From Candidatus Cloacimonadales bacterium (GTDB lineage Bacteria; Cloacimonadota; Cloacimonadia; Cloacimonadales; JAFGVF01): DNA of 64,000 nucleotides. A program made the translations under genes and the position numbers. The notes beneath the pieces were generated by a model, which had not been told where the DNA came from, ran no database searches, and saw only the letters and a list, made by a program, of their open reading frames with translations. How positions within the stretch are numbered: the first letter of the stretch is position 1; every line of letters begins with the position of its first letter. This document shows positions 39,351 through 48,415 of the stretch, piece after piece. Location: NCBI GenBank assembly GCA_963678315.1, contig OY782781.1, positions 256,001 through 320,000 on the forward strand, read 5' to 3'.

Positions 39351-39845
39351 ATGAGTAACGCAGAAGAAATTATTAAGAAACTTGCTTTATGCCCACATCC
39401 ATCTGAAGGGGGCTATTTTGCAAGAACATATACATCGGATATTTTAATTAATGAGCCTGAGTCAACTAATAAAAGAAGTATAGCTTCTGCAATATATTAT
39501 CTATTAGCTCCTCAATCAGTATCTAGATTACATAGTCTAGAGCAAGATGAGATATGGCATTTTTATGCTGGTGATCCTGTTGAGGTGTTATTAATTAAAG
39601 AAGATGGATCTTGTGAGATATGCGTGTTTGGAAATGATATTCTAAATGGGCAAATTCCTCAATTAATAATTAAAAAAGGAACTATCTTTGGAGCCAGACT
39701 CATATCCGGTGGAAAATATGCTCTCTTTGGAGCAACTCTTTCTCCAGAGTTTTGTTATGAAGATTATCATGAGCCAAATATTGACCAAATTATAAGCAAA
39801 TATCCTCAGCATAAAGACTTTATACTATCCATAATGAGAAAATAA
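39351..39845 (+). CDS. Cupin-fold protein (DUF985/Cupin_5)
   Basis: L.PHPSEGGYF, SAIYYLL, HSLEQDEIWHFYAG, SPEF.YED. Confidence 0.85.
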   Translation: MSNAEEIIKKLALCPHPSEGGYFARTYTSDILINEPESTNKRSIASAIYYLLAPQSVSRLHSLEQDEIWHFYAGDPVEVLLIKEDGSCEICVFGNDILNGQIPQLIIKKGTIFGARLISGGKYALFGATLSPEFCYEDYHEPNIDQIISKYPQHKDFILSIMRK

Positions 39846-39860
39846 CAAGGAAGGATTTCT

Positions 39861-41114
39861 ATGATTTTTAAGAATGTGAAGTTAAACAATCAAATAAAAA
39901 ATATTACAGTAAAAGATGGCATTATCACAGCAATATGCGATAAGATAGATGAAAGTTCAGATAAGGTTCACGATTGCCAGAACATGACCATTTTACCATC
40001 TTTAGGCAATGCACATACTCACGCAGCAATGACATTGATGAGAGGCTATGCTGATGATATGGAATTATTTAAGTGGTTAAGTGAATATATATGGCCTTTA
40101 GAAAGTCTTTTAACTGAAGAAGATGTTTATTGGGGTGTTAGATTAGCTTGTTTAGAAATGATAAAGACTGGAACCACCTGCTTCAATGATATGTACTGGC
40201 ACACAGATGCATGCATTAAAGCTGTTGAAGATGCAGGCATAAGAGCTGTGATTTCTCAAGTATTTTTAGACAATACAGACAATGACCTTTCTGATGCTCA
40301 AATCAAAGCTACTAAATCCTTCTTTAGGAAAAATACTGATTCTAACATGATTAAATATGCAATAGGTCCCCATGCTATTTATACAGTTTCCCAAAAATCT
40401 TTACAATGGATAGCCCAATATTCTAAAGAAAATGACAAACTTGTTCATATTCACTTAGCAGAAACAGAAAAAGAAGTAAGCGATTGCATAAAAGCGACTG
40501 GGATGACTCCTGTAAAGTATCTAGATTCTCTTAATTTCATAGACCATAATTCAATTCTTGCGCATGGTATCTGGCTTACAGAAGAGGAAATAAAAATTAT
40601 TGCCGATAGAGGAGCAACAATAGTTCATAATCCAATTTCTAATTTAAAATTAGCTTCTGGTTTTATTAAATATCCTCTTTTAAAAAAATATGGTGTAAGA
40701 ATTGCATTAGGTACTGATGGCTGTTCTTCCAATAATAATTTATCAATGCTTGAAGAGATGAAAATAGCCAGTTTAGTAACAAAACATTTAACTAAAGATC
40801 CAACTGCTTACAGTGCTAAGGATGTGTTTAATGATGCTACTCAAAGTGTTTATGAAGCTTTAAAAATTAATTCAGGTATAATTGAAGTTGGGAAAAATGC
40901 AGATTTTATGCTTCTAAAGAATAATAATTTCTTGCTAACACCTGGTTTTAACAGTCTTTCTGACTTAATTTATAGTGCTGATAGTTCTTCAATTGACACT
41001 CTTGTATGTAATGGAAAAATTGTCATGGGTAATGGTAAAGTAGAAGATGAAGATAAGATTATAAATAATGTAAAAAGAGTTGTTCAGCAGTTAATTGAAA
41101 GAAAGGGGATTTAA
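39861..41114 (+). CDS. Amidohydrolase, MTA/SAH deaminase (MtaD)-like
   Basis: NAHTHAAM, PHAIYT, HIHLAET, AHG, HNPISNLKLASG, LGTDG. Confidence 0.8.
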   Translation: MIFKNVKLNNQIKNITVKDGIITAICDKIDESSDKVHDCQNMTILPSLGNAHTHAAMTLMRGYADDMELFKWLSEYIWPLESLLTEEDVYWGVRLACLEMIKTGTTCFNDMYWHTDACIKAVEDAGIRAVISQVFLDNTDNDLSDAQIKATKSFFRKNTDSNMIKYAIGPHAIYTVSQKSLQWIAQYSKENDKLVHIHLAETEKEVSDCIKATGMTPVKYLDSLNFIDHNSILAHGIWLTEEEIKIIADRGATIVHNPISNLKLASGFIKYPLLKKYGVRIALGTDGCSSNNNLSMLEEMKIASLVTKHLTKDPTAYSAKDVFNDATQSVYEALKINSGIIEVGKNADFMLLKNNNFLLTPGFNSLSDLIYSADSSSIDTLVCNGKIVMGNGKVEDEDKIINNVKRVVQQLIERKGI

Positions 41115-41326
41115 TGGATATCAAGAAAAAAGCAAGTTTTGTATCAGCAATATTATTCTTTGCAATAATTATTGTTATTAATTACTTATGGCCATATATG
41201 AAAAAAAGACAAGATACTATTGACATATTTATCCTTGCAATTATTTCGAGCACAGTCTATTATTTTATAGCCTATTTTTTACTAAGATTTATAGAAAGAA
41301 GAAAAAATAAAAAGGAAAAACAATGA
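41114..41326 (+). CDS. Small two-TM membrane protein
   Basis: Translationally coupled to both neighbours; two hydrophobic segments. Confidence 0.6.
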   Translation: MDIKKKASFVSAILFFAIIIVINYLWPYMKKRQDTIDIFILAIISSTVYYFIAYFLLRFIERRKNKKEKQ

Positions 41327-41760
41327 AAATTGCTTTAGCAGCAGACCATGGTGGCTTTGAGTTAAAAGAACATATCAAAAACTACTTGTCTGACAAATAT
41401 GAATTAATTGATTTGGGGACCAACAGTAATGATTCTGTGAATTATCCAGATTACGGAATCAAGGCTGGGGAAGCAGTTATTAATAAAGAAGTTGACTGTG
41501 CAATAATATTTTGCGGAACTGGTATTGGAATTAGTATTGCAGCTAATAAGGTTGCAGGGATTCGTGCAGCTTTGTGTCACAATGTTGAATACGCAAAGTT
41601 ATCTCGCCAACATAACAATGCAAATATTCTGTCACTTGGAGGAAGATTTACAAGTACAGAAGAAGCAGAAAAAATTGTTGATGCATGGATTAACACACCT
41701 TTCGAAGGTGGAAGACATCAAAATAGATTAAATATAATAAATGAATACGAGGTGAATTAA
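41323..41760 (+). CDS. rpiB: Ribose-5-phosphate isomerase B
   Basis: ADHGG, CGTGIG..IAANK..GIRAA, HNNAN, FEGGRH. Confidence 0.95.
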   Translation: MKIALAADHGGFELKEHIKNYLSDKYELIDLGTNSNDSVNYPDYGIKAGEAVINKEVDCAIIFCGTGIGISIAANKVAGIRAALCHNVEYAKLSRQHNNANILSLGGRFTSTEEAEKIVDAWINTPFEGGRHQNRLNIINEYEVN

Positions 41761-41761
41761 T

Positions 41762-43057
41762 ATGAAACACATCAAAAATTATGACCCTGAATTGTTCGAA
41801 GCAATGAACGATGAACTTGTAAGACAAACTGAGAACTTAGAGTTAATCGCTTCTGAAAACTTCACTTCAATGGCAGTTTTAGAAGCACAAGGTTCTGTAT
41901 TAACAAACAAATATGCAGAAGGTTACCCTTACAGAGTTTCTAAGAAAACAGGAAAAAGAAGCTACAAATTATACGGAAGATATTACGGTGGTTGTGAAAA
42001 CGTTGATAAAGTTGAAGAATTAGCAATTGAAAGAGCTAAAGAGCTTTTCGGTGCAGACCACGCTAACGTACAACCTCACTCAGGCTCACAAGCTAATATG
42101 GGTGCATACTTTGCTGTAATCAAACCTGGAGATACAATTCTTACACTTGAATTAGCTCATGGTGGTCACTTAACTCACGGTCACCCACTCTCATTCTCAG
42201 GTGAGTTATACAATGTAGTTCATTACACTGTTGACCCTAAAACTGAACAATTTGACTATGACCAAATAAGAGAACTAGCTTTAGAGCATAAACCTGCATT
42301 AATTCTTACAGGTGCTTCAGCTTATCCAAGAAAAATTGACTTTGCTAAATTCAGAGAAATCTGTGACGAAGTTGGGGCTAAATTCATGGTTGATATGGCT
42401 CACATTGCAGGGCTTGTTGCAGCAGGTGTACATGAAAATCCTGTACCTTATGCTGATATCGTAACAACTACTACCCATAAAACATTAAGAGGACCTAGAG
42501 CTGGGCTTATCTTATGTAAAGAAGAATATGCTGCTGCTGTTGATGGCCATGTATTCCCTGGAATCCAAGGTGGTCCACTTGAACACGTTATCGCAGCCAA
42601 AGCTGTTGCTTTTAAAGAAGCATTATCTGATGAATTCAAAACTTACCAAAAACAAGTTGTTGCTAACGCAGCTCGTTTAGCTGAAGAATTAGTTAAAAGA
42701 GGTTTCCGCTTAGTTTCTGGTGGTACTGATAATCACTTATTACTAATCGACCTTGGTAATAAGGATTCAGGCGGTCCTTCAGGTAAAAAAATGGAAGGTG
42801 CTCTTGATAAAGCTGGTATCACTGCAAATAAAAACACTATCCCATTTGATACTCGTTCCCCATTCGTAGCTTCTGGAATCAGAATTGGTACTCCTGCTAT
42901 CACTACTAGAGGAATGAAAGAAGATGATATGGCTGTTGTTGCTGAATTCATCAAGCAAGTATTCGATAACTATGAAAATGAAGAAAAATTAGCTGAAATT
43001 AAAAAAGAAGTTAGAGAATTTACTACCAAATTCCCTCTCTACCCAGAATTATACTAG
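41762..43057 (+). CDS. glyA: Serine hydroxymethyltransferase
   Basis: [44 protein letters not shown]. Confidence 0.97.
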   Translation: MKHIKNYDPELFEAMNDELVRQTENLELIASENFTSMAVLEAQGSVLTNKYAEGYPYRVSKKTGKRSYKLYGRYYGGCENVDKVEELAIERAKELFGADHANVQPHSGSQANMGAYFAVIKPGDTILTLELAHGGHLTHGHPLSFSGELYNVVHYTVDPKTEQFDYDQIRELALEHKPALILTGASAYPRKIDFAKFREICDEVGAKFMVDMAHIAGLVAAGVHENPVPYADIVTTTTHKTLRGPRAGLILCKEEYAAAVDGHVFPGIQGGPLEHVIAAKAVAFKEALSDEFKTYQKQVVANAARLAEELVKRGFRLVSGGTDNHLLLIDLGNKDSGGPSGKKMEGALDKAGITANKNTIPFDTRSPFVASGIRIGTPAITTRGMKEDDMAVVAEFIKQVFDNYENEEKLAEIKKEVREFTTKFPLYPELY

Positions 43058-43087
43058 ACATAAATAATATATTTAGTCAAAACACTA

Positions 43088-43123
43088 AAGAGACTGAGGA
43101 TTATTCTTCAGTCTCTTCTTTTT
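43088..43123 (+). terminator. glyA operon terminator
   Basis: AAGAGACTGAGGA-TTAT-TCTTCAGTCTCTT plus T-tract. Confidence 0.7.
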
Positions 43124-43298
43124 ATTTTAAAGTAATTTTACAAGACATCTAATCATGATATTTATATTATTTACTAATTATCTATTAATCCAATAAAATA
43201 TTTCACAACACAATAGCCTATTATAAAAGCATCCCCACCATTATAGAAAGAAAAGACTTTAATAAGTCTTGACATATCGATATAAAATTATTTATTTG

Positions 43299-43481
43299 AA
43301 CTATCGTTAGTTTTTTTGATATATACTAATCATAGTTATTAAATTTAATTGTTAAATGATTTATGATTTTTCCTTTCCATCAAGTGGATCTTAAGATTAA
43401 GACCCACTTAATTGAGATATTATTTCCTGATACATATAAAATCCCAAAACGGGGGCGTTTCCTGGCCCCCTTTCCTTTTTT
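43299..43481 (+). ncRNA. Candidate intergenic small RNA (~180 nt)
   Basis: TTGACA at 43269; hairpins 43299-43337 and 43382-43409; GGGGGC/GCCCCC terminator 43451-43481; repeated TTTCC motifs. Confidence 0.35.
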
Positions 43482-43522
43482 CTAAATTACAAAATTCTTT
43501 CTATATTATCCAGAACCCTCTT

Positions 43523-44947
43523 CTAGTTTCTTCCTCCTAAACATCTTTTATCCCTCCAAGCCCTTTTATCAAATCTATAAATAAGTTGAGTAATAGCTTT
43601 TGGTCCACAGATATCTGGATGTTTTATCAATAAAATCATGAACCATCCACTAAGAATCACACCTTTAAAGACGCTACTCATTGAGATTGACCACCATACA
43701 CCATTTAAACCCAATAAAGCAGCAGAAGATAGGAGCATAGCTCCAGGAACTCTTAAGCCAGTAAAGATAATGCTTACTGTTGATGGAGGAAGTGTTTTAC
43801 CTAGTCCATTAAAAGCACCTTGAGAAGTAATCTCGATACACATGAAGAACTGAGATAAACCTAGAATCCTAAGATAATCGCCTCCCACAGCTAGAGCTTC
43901 AGGATCGTTAGGAATGAACAATTTAAACAATGGTTCAGCAAAGAAAATCAACAGAATTGAAGCAAAAACACCAATTGTCCCAGATAGGGCTAAAGTAGTA
44001 AAATAACCTTTAGAGATTCTATTCCACTTTTTAGCACCAAAGTTTTGTCCGACAAAAGAACTTAAGGCAGTAGAAAATCCGCTGGCTGTCATCCATGAGA
44101 TTGCTTCTATTTGACTACCAACCTTCTGTACAGCAATAGGAATAGGACCCCACTGAGCAACAATCTTTGCTAAAAATGACGCAAATATGGTGAATAATCC
44201 ACTTTGGAGACCTACTGGATAACCAAATTTAATTATTCTTTTCTGTATATCAAGTATGGGCTTCTTAAAGAAATGAAATTCCTCAAATGGAGCTTTCTTA
44301 CTTCTAAATAAAGCTATAAAAAGAAGGGTTACTACTGCTTGTGAAAAAACAGTTGCATAACCAGCACCATCTGCACCGAGGTTAAACTTAAATATTAGCA
44401 ATGGGTCAAGTACTATATTGATAACCAATCCAATGGAGTTAATATAAAAGGGTATCTTACTATTGCCCATTCCATTATAAATACCAGATAAGACAGGATT
44501 TATAAAAGTGAATATCATACCCCAGGAAACAATTTTCAGATAACTTATTGCATCTTCTATAACTTTAGGATTACCCAAATCAAAAAAAGCAATTAACTTA
44601 GTAGATAAGCTTATGAGTAAGATTGTGTATACAATGCTCATGACAATAGACAATTGGAGAGCATTACGTGCAAAATCCCTGGCTAGTAATCTGTCTTGTT
44701 TACCAATGGATTGAGCAACACCGACTTCAGCCCCCACTTTAGCGATAATAATAAAGGCAAAAGAGAACCAAATCAAGAAACCAGCTGTTCCAACCGAAGC
44801 TACAGAATTAGCCCCTACCCTGCCTAGCCACATCATATCAGTCATGTTGTAAGCCATCTGGATAAATGACTGCCCCATTATTGGCAAGGAAAGTAAGGTT
44901 ATTGTCTTTAGTATCCCACCGTTAGTTAAATCTTTAGCACTACTCAT
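43523..44947 (-). CDS. MATE-family efflux transporter
   Basis: DLTNG, AYNMTDMMWLG, NIVLDPLLI, GAGYAT; about 12 TM. Confidence 0.9.
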   Translation of the reverse strand: MSSAKDLTNGGILKTITLLSLPIMGQSFIQMAYNMTDMMWLGRVGANSVASVGTAGFLIWFSFAFIIIAKVGAEVGVAQSIGKQDRLLARDFARNALQLSIVMSIVYTILLISLSTKLIAFFDLGNPKVIEDAISYLKIVSWGMIFTFINPVLSGIYNGMGNSKIPFYINSIGLVINIVLDPLLIFKFNLGADGAGYATVFSQAVVTLLFIALFRSKKAPFEEFHFFKKPILDIQKRIIKFGYPVGLQSGLFTIFASFLAKIVAQWGPIPIAVQKVGSQIEAISWMTASGFSTALSSFVGQNFGAKKWNRISKGYFTTLALSGTIGVFASILLIFFAEPLFKLFIPNDPEALAVGGDYLRILGLSQFFMCIEITSQGAFNGLGKTLPPSTVSIIFTGLRVPGAMLLSSAALLGLNGVWWSISMSSVFKGVILSGWFMILLIKHPDICGPKAITQLIYRFDKRAWRDKRCLGGRN

Positions 44948-45167
44948 GTGTTTGTTCTCTCTTTTCTTGATTTTAAGTAATATATCTATATAGATTATTT
45001 AATCTTTTAGTAAGCATTTATACGTCAATAAAAATATACTTAATAATTGTATTGCTAACCAGAAATATGTTCTATTTATGCAAATTTAATGTTCGTATAA
45101 ATATAATTACTAAGGATAACTGACAAAAGATATTTTATAAAAAAGTTATTGACACAAAACAATATTT

Positions 45168-45195
45168 ATTTAAGTTAGTAATATCTAACCTAAAT
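45168..45195. promoter_or_regulatory. Candidate metal-repressor (DtxR/MntR-like) operator upstream of feoA
   Basis: ATTTAAGTTAG-N6-CTAACCTAAAT inverted repeat overlapping the -10 region of the TTGACA (45149) promoter. Confidence 0.5.
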
Positions 45196-45205
45196 GAGGT
45201 GTTTT

Positions 45206-45538
45206 ATGAATGATAATGAAAGATTGTCTTTAAAAGATGTTCCAATTGGTGAAAGAGTTCACATAATAGGATTCGCTAACAATGATAAAAGCTATAGACA
45301 AAAGTTATTTAGTCTTGGTTTAATGAGAGGTGAGCATATTCGTGTTACTAAGAAAGCACCACTTGGCGACCCAATAGAAGTATGTGTTAATGGTTCAAAA
45401 GTATCACTGAGAAAAGAAGAAGCTAAAGAACTTTTAGTTGAAGTTGATATGAATGATCGTTGCCATGGAAGACACAGAAATCATGGTGCACAGTCAGGTT
45501 GTAAACGTAGGGGTTTAAGAAGGTTTTTTAACAAATAA
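45206..45538 (+). CDS. feoA: FeoA-domain protein with His/Cys/Arg-rich tail
   Basis: KLFSLGL..G, KKAPLGDPIE, SLRKEEA; ATG at 45206 after GAGGTG. Confidence 0.85.
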   Translation: MNDNERLSLKDVPIGERVHIIGFANNDKSYRQKLFSLGLMRGEHIRVTKKAPLGDPIEVCVNGSKVSLRKEEAKELLVEVDMNDRCHGRHRNHGAQSGCKRRGLRRFFNK

Positions 45539-45566
45539 AATTAATTATTATATACTGATTTATCTG

Positions 45567-45594
45567 AGCTTTGGTAATCCAAAGCTCTTTTTTT
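45567..45594. terminator. Terminator after feoA
   Basis: GAGCTTTGG-TAAT-CCAAAGCTC plus T7. Confidence 0.7.
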
Positions 45595-45665
45595 ATGCTA
45601 GATGATTAACGTCCTTTATCACATGAGCCTTTAAATAAAGAACTTAAGTTCCTTATATAAATTTG

Positions 45666-46487
45666 TTATTTAATATTTAGTAGAATAACACCGATTAAGA
45701 TTAATCCAAAGATTACATATTGGAACTTAGAGAACTTAGTTCTCCAGATAATTTTATCAGAGATGAAGCCTAATAGAACTACATTTGAAGCAACAAAGGG
45801 ATAGGCTAAAGAAGCATCCACATTGTTCAGTCCTTTTAAAAAGAAGAAAGAAGTAAGCTGATTAGGGATACCTAGTAAAAGGCCAATAGCAATGTATTTC
45901 CATTGAATTGCTTTCTTCTTATAGATAATAAGAATCAAGTTTATTATAAAAGCGAAAGTAAACAGATAGAATATCATTTGATTGTTTGATGTATCTGCAA
46001 GTTCTTTAAAGAATTTCAATCCCAATTCAGTAAACCCAGTGCAAACAAACAAGGCTAATAACCAAAACTTATATTTTATACTTCCCTTTCTTCCCATTAA
46101 GACGAAAGCTAGAATAACTATAGCTATACCTATATACTTAACTGCTTGTAAATGTTCTCCAAATACTAAAATTGAAACAGCAACTGGCACAACTAGAGAG
46201 ACTCGCATAACAGATATGCTAATAGACATTCCATTCTTAAAGATATTTTCCTGATATATAAGGAAATTAACTAAGAATAAAGTACCAAAAACAGCACCTA
46301 AGCCTAAATCTCCACTTCTAAAGGTTGTATCAAATTCTTCAATTAACAAGAAGGATATTACGCTTGCTAAGAAGTAGTTACCCAAGAATATTTGAAGAAT
46401 AGGGACTTTATTATTCTTGTTTTTTACAATATGTAATATATGTCCGATAGCAACTGAGCAAATAACACTTAGAACTAAAAATAGCAT
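45666..46487 (-). CDS. DMT/EamA-family transporter
   Basis: About 10 TM, two-repeat layout, ILVFGE, GVILLN end. Confidence 0.7.
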   Translation of the reverse strand: MLFLVLSVICSVAIGHILHIVKNKNNKVPILQIFLGNYFLASVISFLLIEEFDTTFRSGDLGLGAVFGTLFLVNFLIYQENIFKNGMSISISVMRVSLVVPVAVSILVFGEHLQAVKYIGIAIVILAFVLMGRKGSIKYKFWLLALFVCTGFTELGLKFFKELADTSNNQMIFYLFTFAFIINLILIIYKKKAIQWKYIAIGLLLGIPNQLTSFFFLKGLNNVDASLAYPFVASNVVLLGFISDKIIWRTKFSKFQYVIFGLILIGVILLNIK

Positions 46488-46490
46488 GAT

Positions 46491-47399
46491 CTATCCCCTA
46501 TCCGGTCTTAATCTAAGCTTCCAAAACTTCCCTTTATATTGGGATATGAAAAGTCCTAATATCACAGTTGCAATACCTATTGCTTTAACAGTAGATATTG
46601 TTTCATTAAGAATAAAGAAAGCAAATACTGCAGTGAATACAGGTATTAGGTTGGTAAAAAGATTTGCTAAACTTGCTCCCATACCCCGCACAACTTCTGT
46701 GAAAAGAATAAAAGCTAGTACTGAACCAAACACTGACAGTTTGATTATTACTAAATAGATTGAAAAGGAATGATCTACTGCCAAAAACTTCTCCAAATCA
46801 AAGATTAAGAAGAAGGGTAAAAAATATAATGCTCCAATTTGTGACTGGATTTTTACTATAGTTATGCTTTTATATACATGGGTTAATTTCTTCACAATAA
46901 TACCATAAGCGATTCCGGCAAAGACAGCAAAGAATTCTAAAGCTACTCCAATTAGTGAACCAGATACATCCATATCTTCTAAAACAATTGCTAGAATACC
47001 AACAAATGAAACAACTAAGCCTATGACTCCCCATTTACCCAACCTTTCTTTAAGAAAGATATAAGCGAATATTGGAGTAAAGAGAGGTATTGTAGAAATA
47101 ATTAATGACCCAAGTGTTGATGAAACATATTTTAATCCAAAGCTCTCTCCAAGAAAGTAGCAGAAGGGTTCAGCAAAAGACAGCAACAAAAAAGTTCCCC
47201 AATGCTTCTTATCTATAGCTTCATGTTTTTTAAACACTCTACAATAAACTTCTAAAAGAACACCTGCCAAAACTAATCTTAAAAAGACTATTGTAAAGGG
47301 TTCAAAGTTCTTATACGCTACTTTAAACCAAACAAATGTACTAGACCAAAATATCATAGAAAGCACTGCAAAGAAATATAGTTTTATTTTATCCATCAA
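46491..47399 (-). CDS. DMT/EamA-family transporter
   Basis: FWSSTF, LRLVLA, IFLKERL, FTNLIPVF...FFILNE. Confidence 0.85.
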   Translation of the reverse strand: MMDKIKLYFFAVLSMIFWSSTFVWFKVAYKNFEPFTIVFLRLVLAGVLLEVYCRVFKKHEAIDKKHWGTFLLLSFAEPFCYFLGESFGLKYVSSTLGSLIISTIPLFTPIFAYIFLKERLGKWGVIGLVVSFVGILAIVLEDMDVSGSLIGVALEFFAVFAGIAYGIIVKKLTHVYKSITIVKIQSQIGALYFLPFFLIFDLEKFLAVDHSFSIYLVIIKLSVFGSVLAFILFTEVVRGMGASLANLFTNLIPVFTAVFAFFILNETISTVKAIGIATVILGLFISQYKGKFWKLRLRPDRG

Positions 47400-47564
47400 T
47401 CCTCTAAATTTTATAATTATTAAGTAAATATCTCTTAAGGTATTTAATTTCTAGAGTCTAAAAAGTATTTATAGATAATATGTAAAGAAAAAAAGTCTTG
47501 CCTAAAAAAGTAGCATAATCAAAATTTAGTAAAATGCTGGTTTTAATATTATTTGGAGATAAAT

Positions 47565-48398
47565 ATGCTAGGTATTCCCTTGAATGATCTGATTTTTGCC
47601 TTTAGTCTTACAATGTTTGCAGGTCTTGCTACCGGTATTGGTTCATTTCTTGCTTTCTTTGCCAAAAAAACTAATACTAAATTCTTATCAATATCATTAG
47701 GATTTTCTGCAGGGGTCATGATATACGTGTCCATGATAGAGATTTTTGCAAAAGCTCAGGATTCCCTTGCTGTTTATTTTGAAGAATTGGGTTCTCCAAA
47801 CTTTGAATTCAAATCATCACTCTACACAACAATGGCATTCTTTGCTGGAATGTTGTTAATTGCTTTAATTGATAAACTCGTTCCCTCTTACGAGAACCCT
47901 CATGAAGTTAAATCAATCGAAGCCATGAATAATCCTGACATGAAAAAATCCCTTATGAGAATGGGTACACTTTCAGCATTAGCTATTGCTATCCACAACT
48001 TCCCTGAAGGTTTGGCTACTTTTACATCAGCGTTAAAAGACCCTTCTTTAGGAATAGGAATTGCTGTCGCTATTGCAATACATAACATCCCTGAAGGAAT
48101 AGCTGTTTCTGTGCCGATATATTATGCAACCGGTAGCAGAAAGAAAGCTTTTTGGTATTCATTTGCATCTGGACTCTCAGAACCAGTTGGTGCTCTTCTA
48201 GGCTTCTTAATTCTACAACCATTCATGAATGATTTGTTATTTGGCATGATCTTTGCCTCAGTTGCCGGAATCATGGTCTTCATCTCATTTGATGAGCTCT
48301 TACCAACATCTGAGAAATATGGAGAACACCATCTATCTATTTATGGACTAATTGCCGGCATGGTTATTATGGCAGCAAGTTTAGTATTATTCACTTAA
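47565..48398 (+). CDS. zupT: ZIP-family zinc transporter ZupT
   Basis: GFSAGVMIYVS, HNFPEG, HNIPEG, AGIMVFISFDELLP; ATG at 47565 after GGAG. Confidence 0.9.
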   Translation: MLGIPLNDLIFAFSLTMFAGLATGIGSFLAFFAKKTNTKFLSISLGFSAGVMIYVSMIEIFAKAQDSLAVYFEELGSPNFEFKSSLYTTMAFFAGMLLIALIDKLVPSYENPHEVKSIEAMNNPDMKKSLMRMGTLSALAIAIHNFPEGLATFTSALKDPSLGIGIAVAIAIHNIPEGIAVSVPIYYATGSRKKAFWYSFASGLSEPVGALLGFLILQPFMNDLLFGMIFASVAGIMVFISFDELLPTSEKYGEHHLSIYGLIAGMVIMAASLVLFT

Positions 48399-48415
48399 AT
48401 TAAAAGGATATCTTT

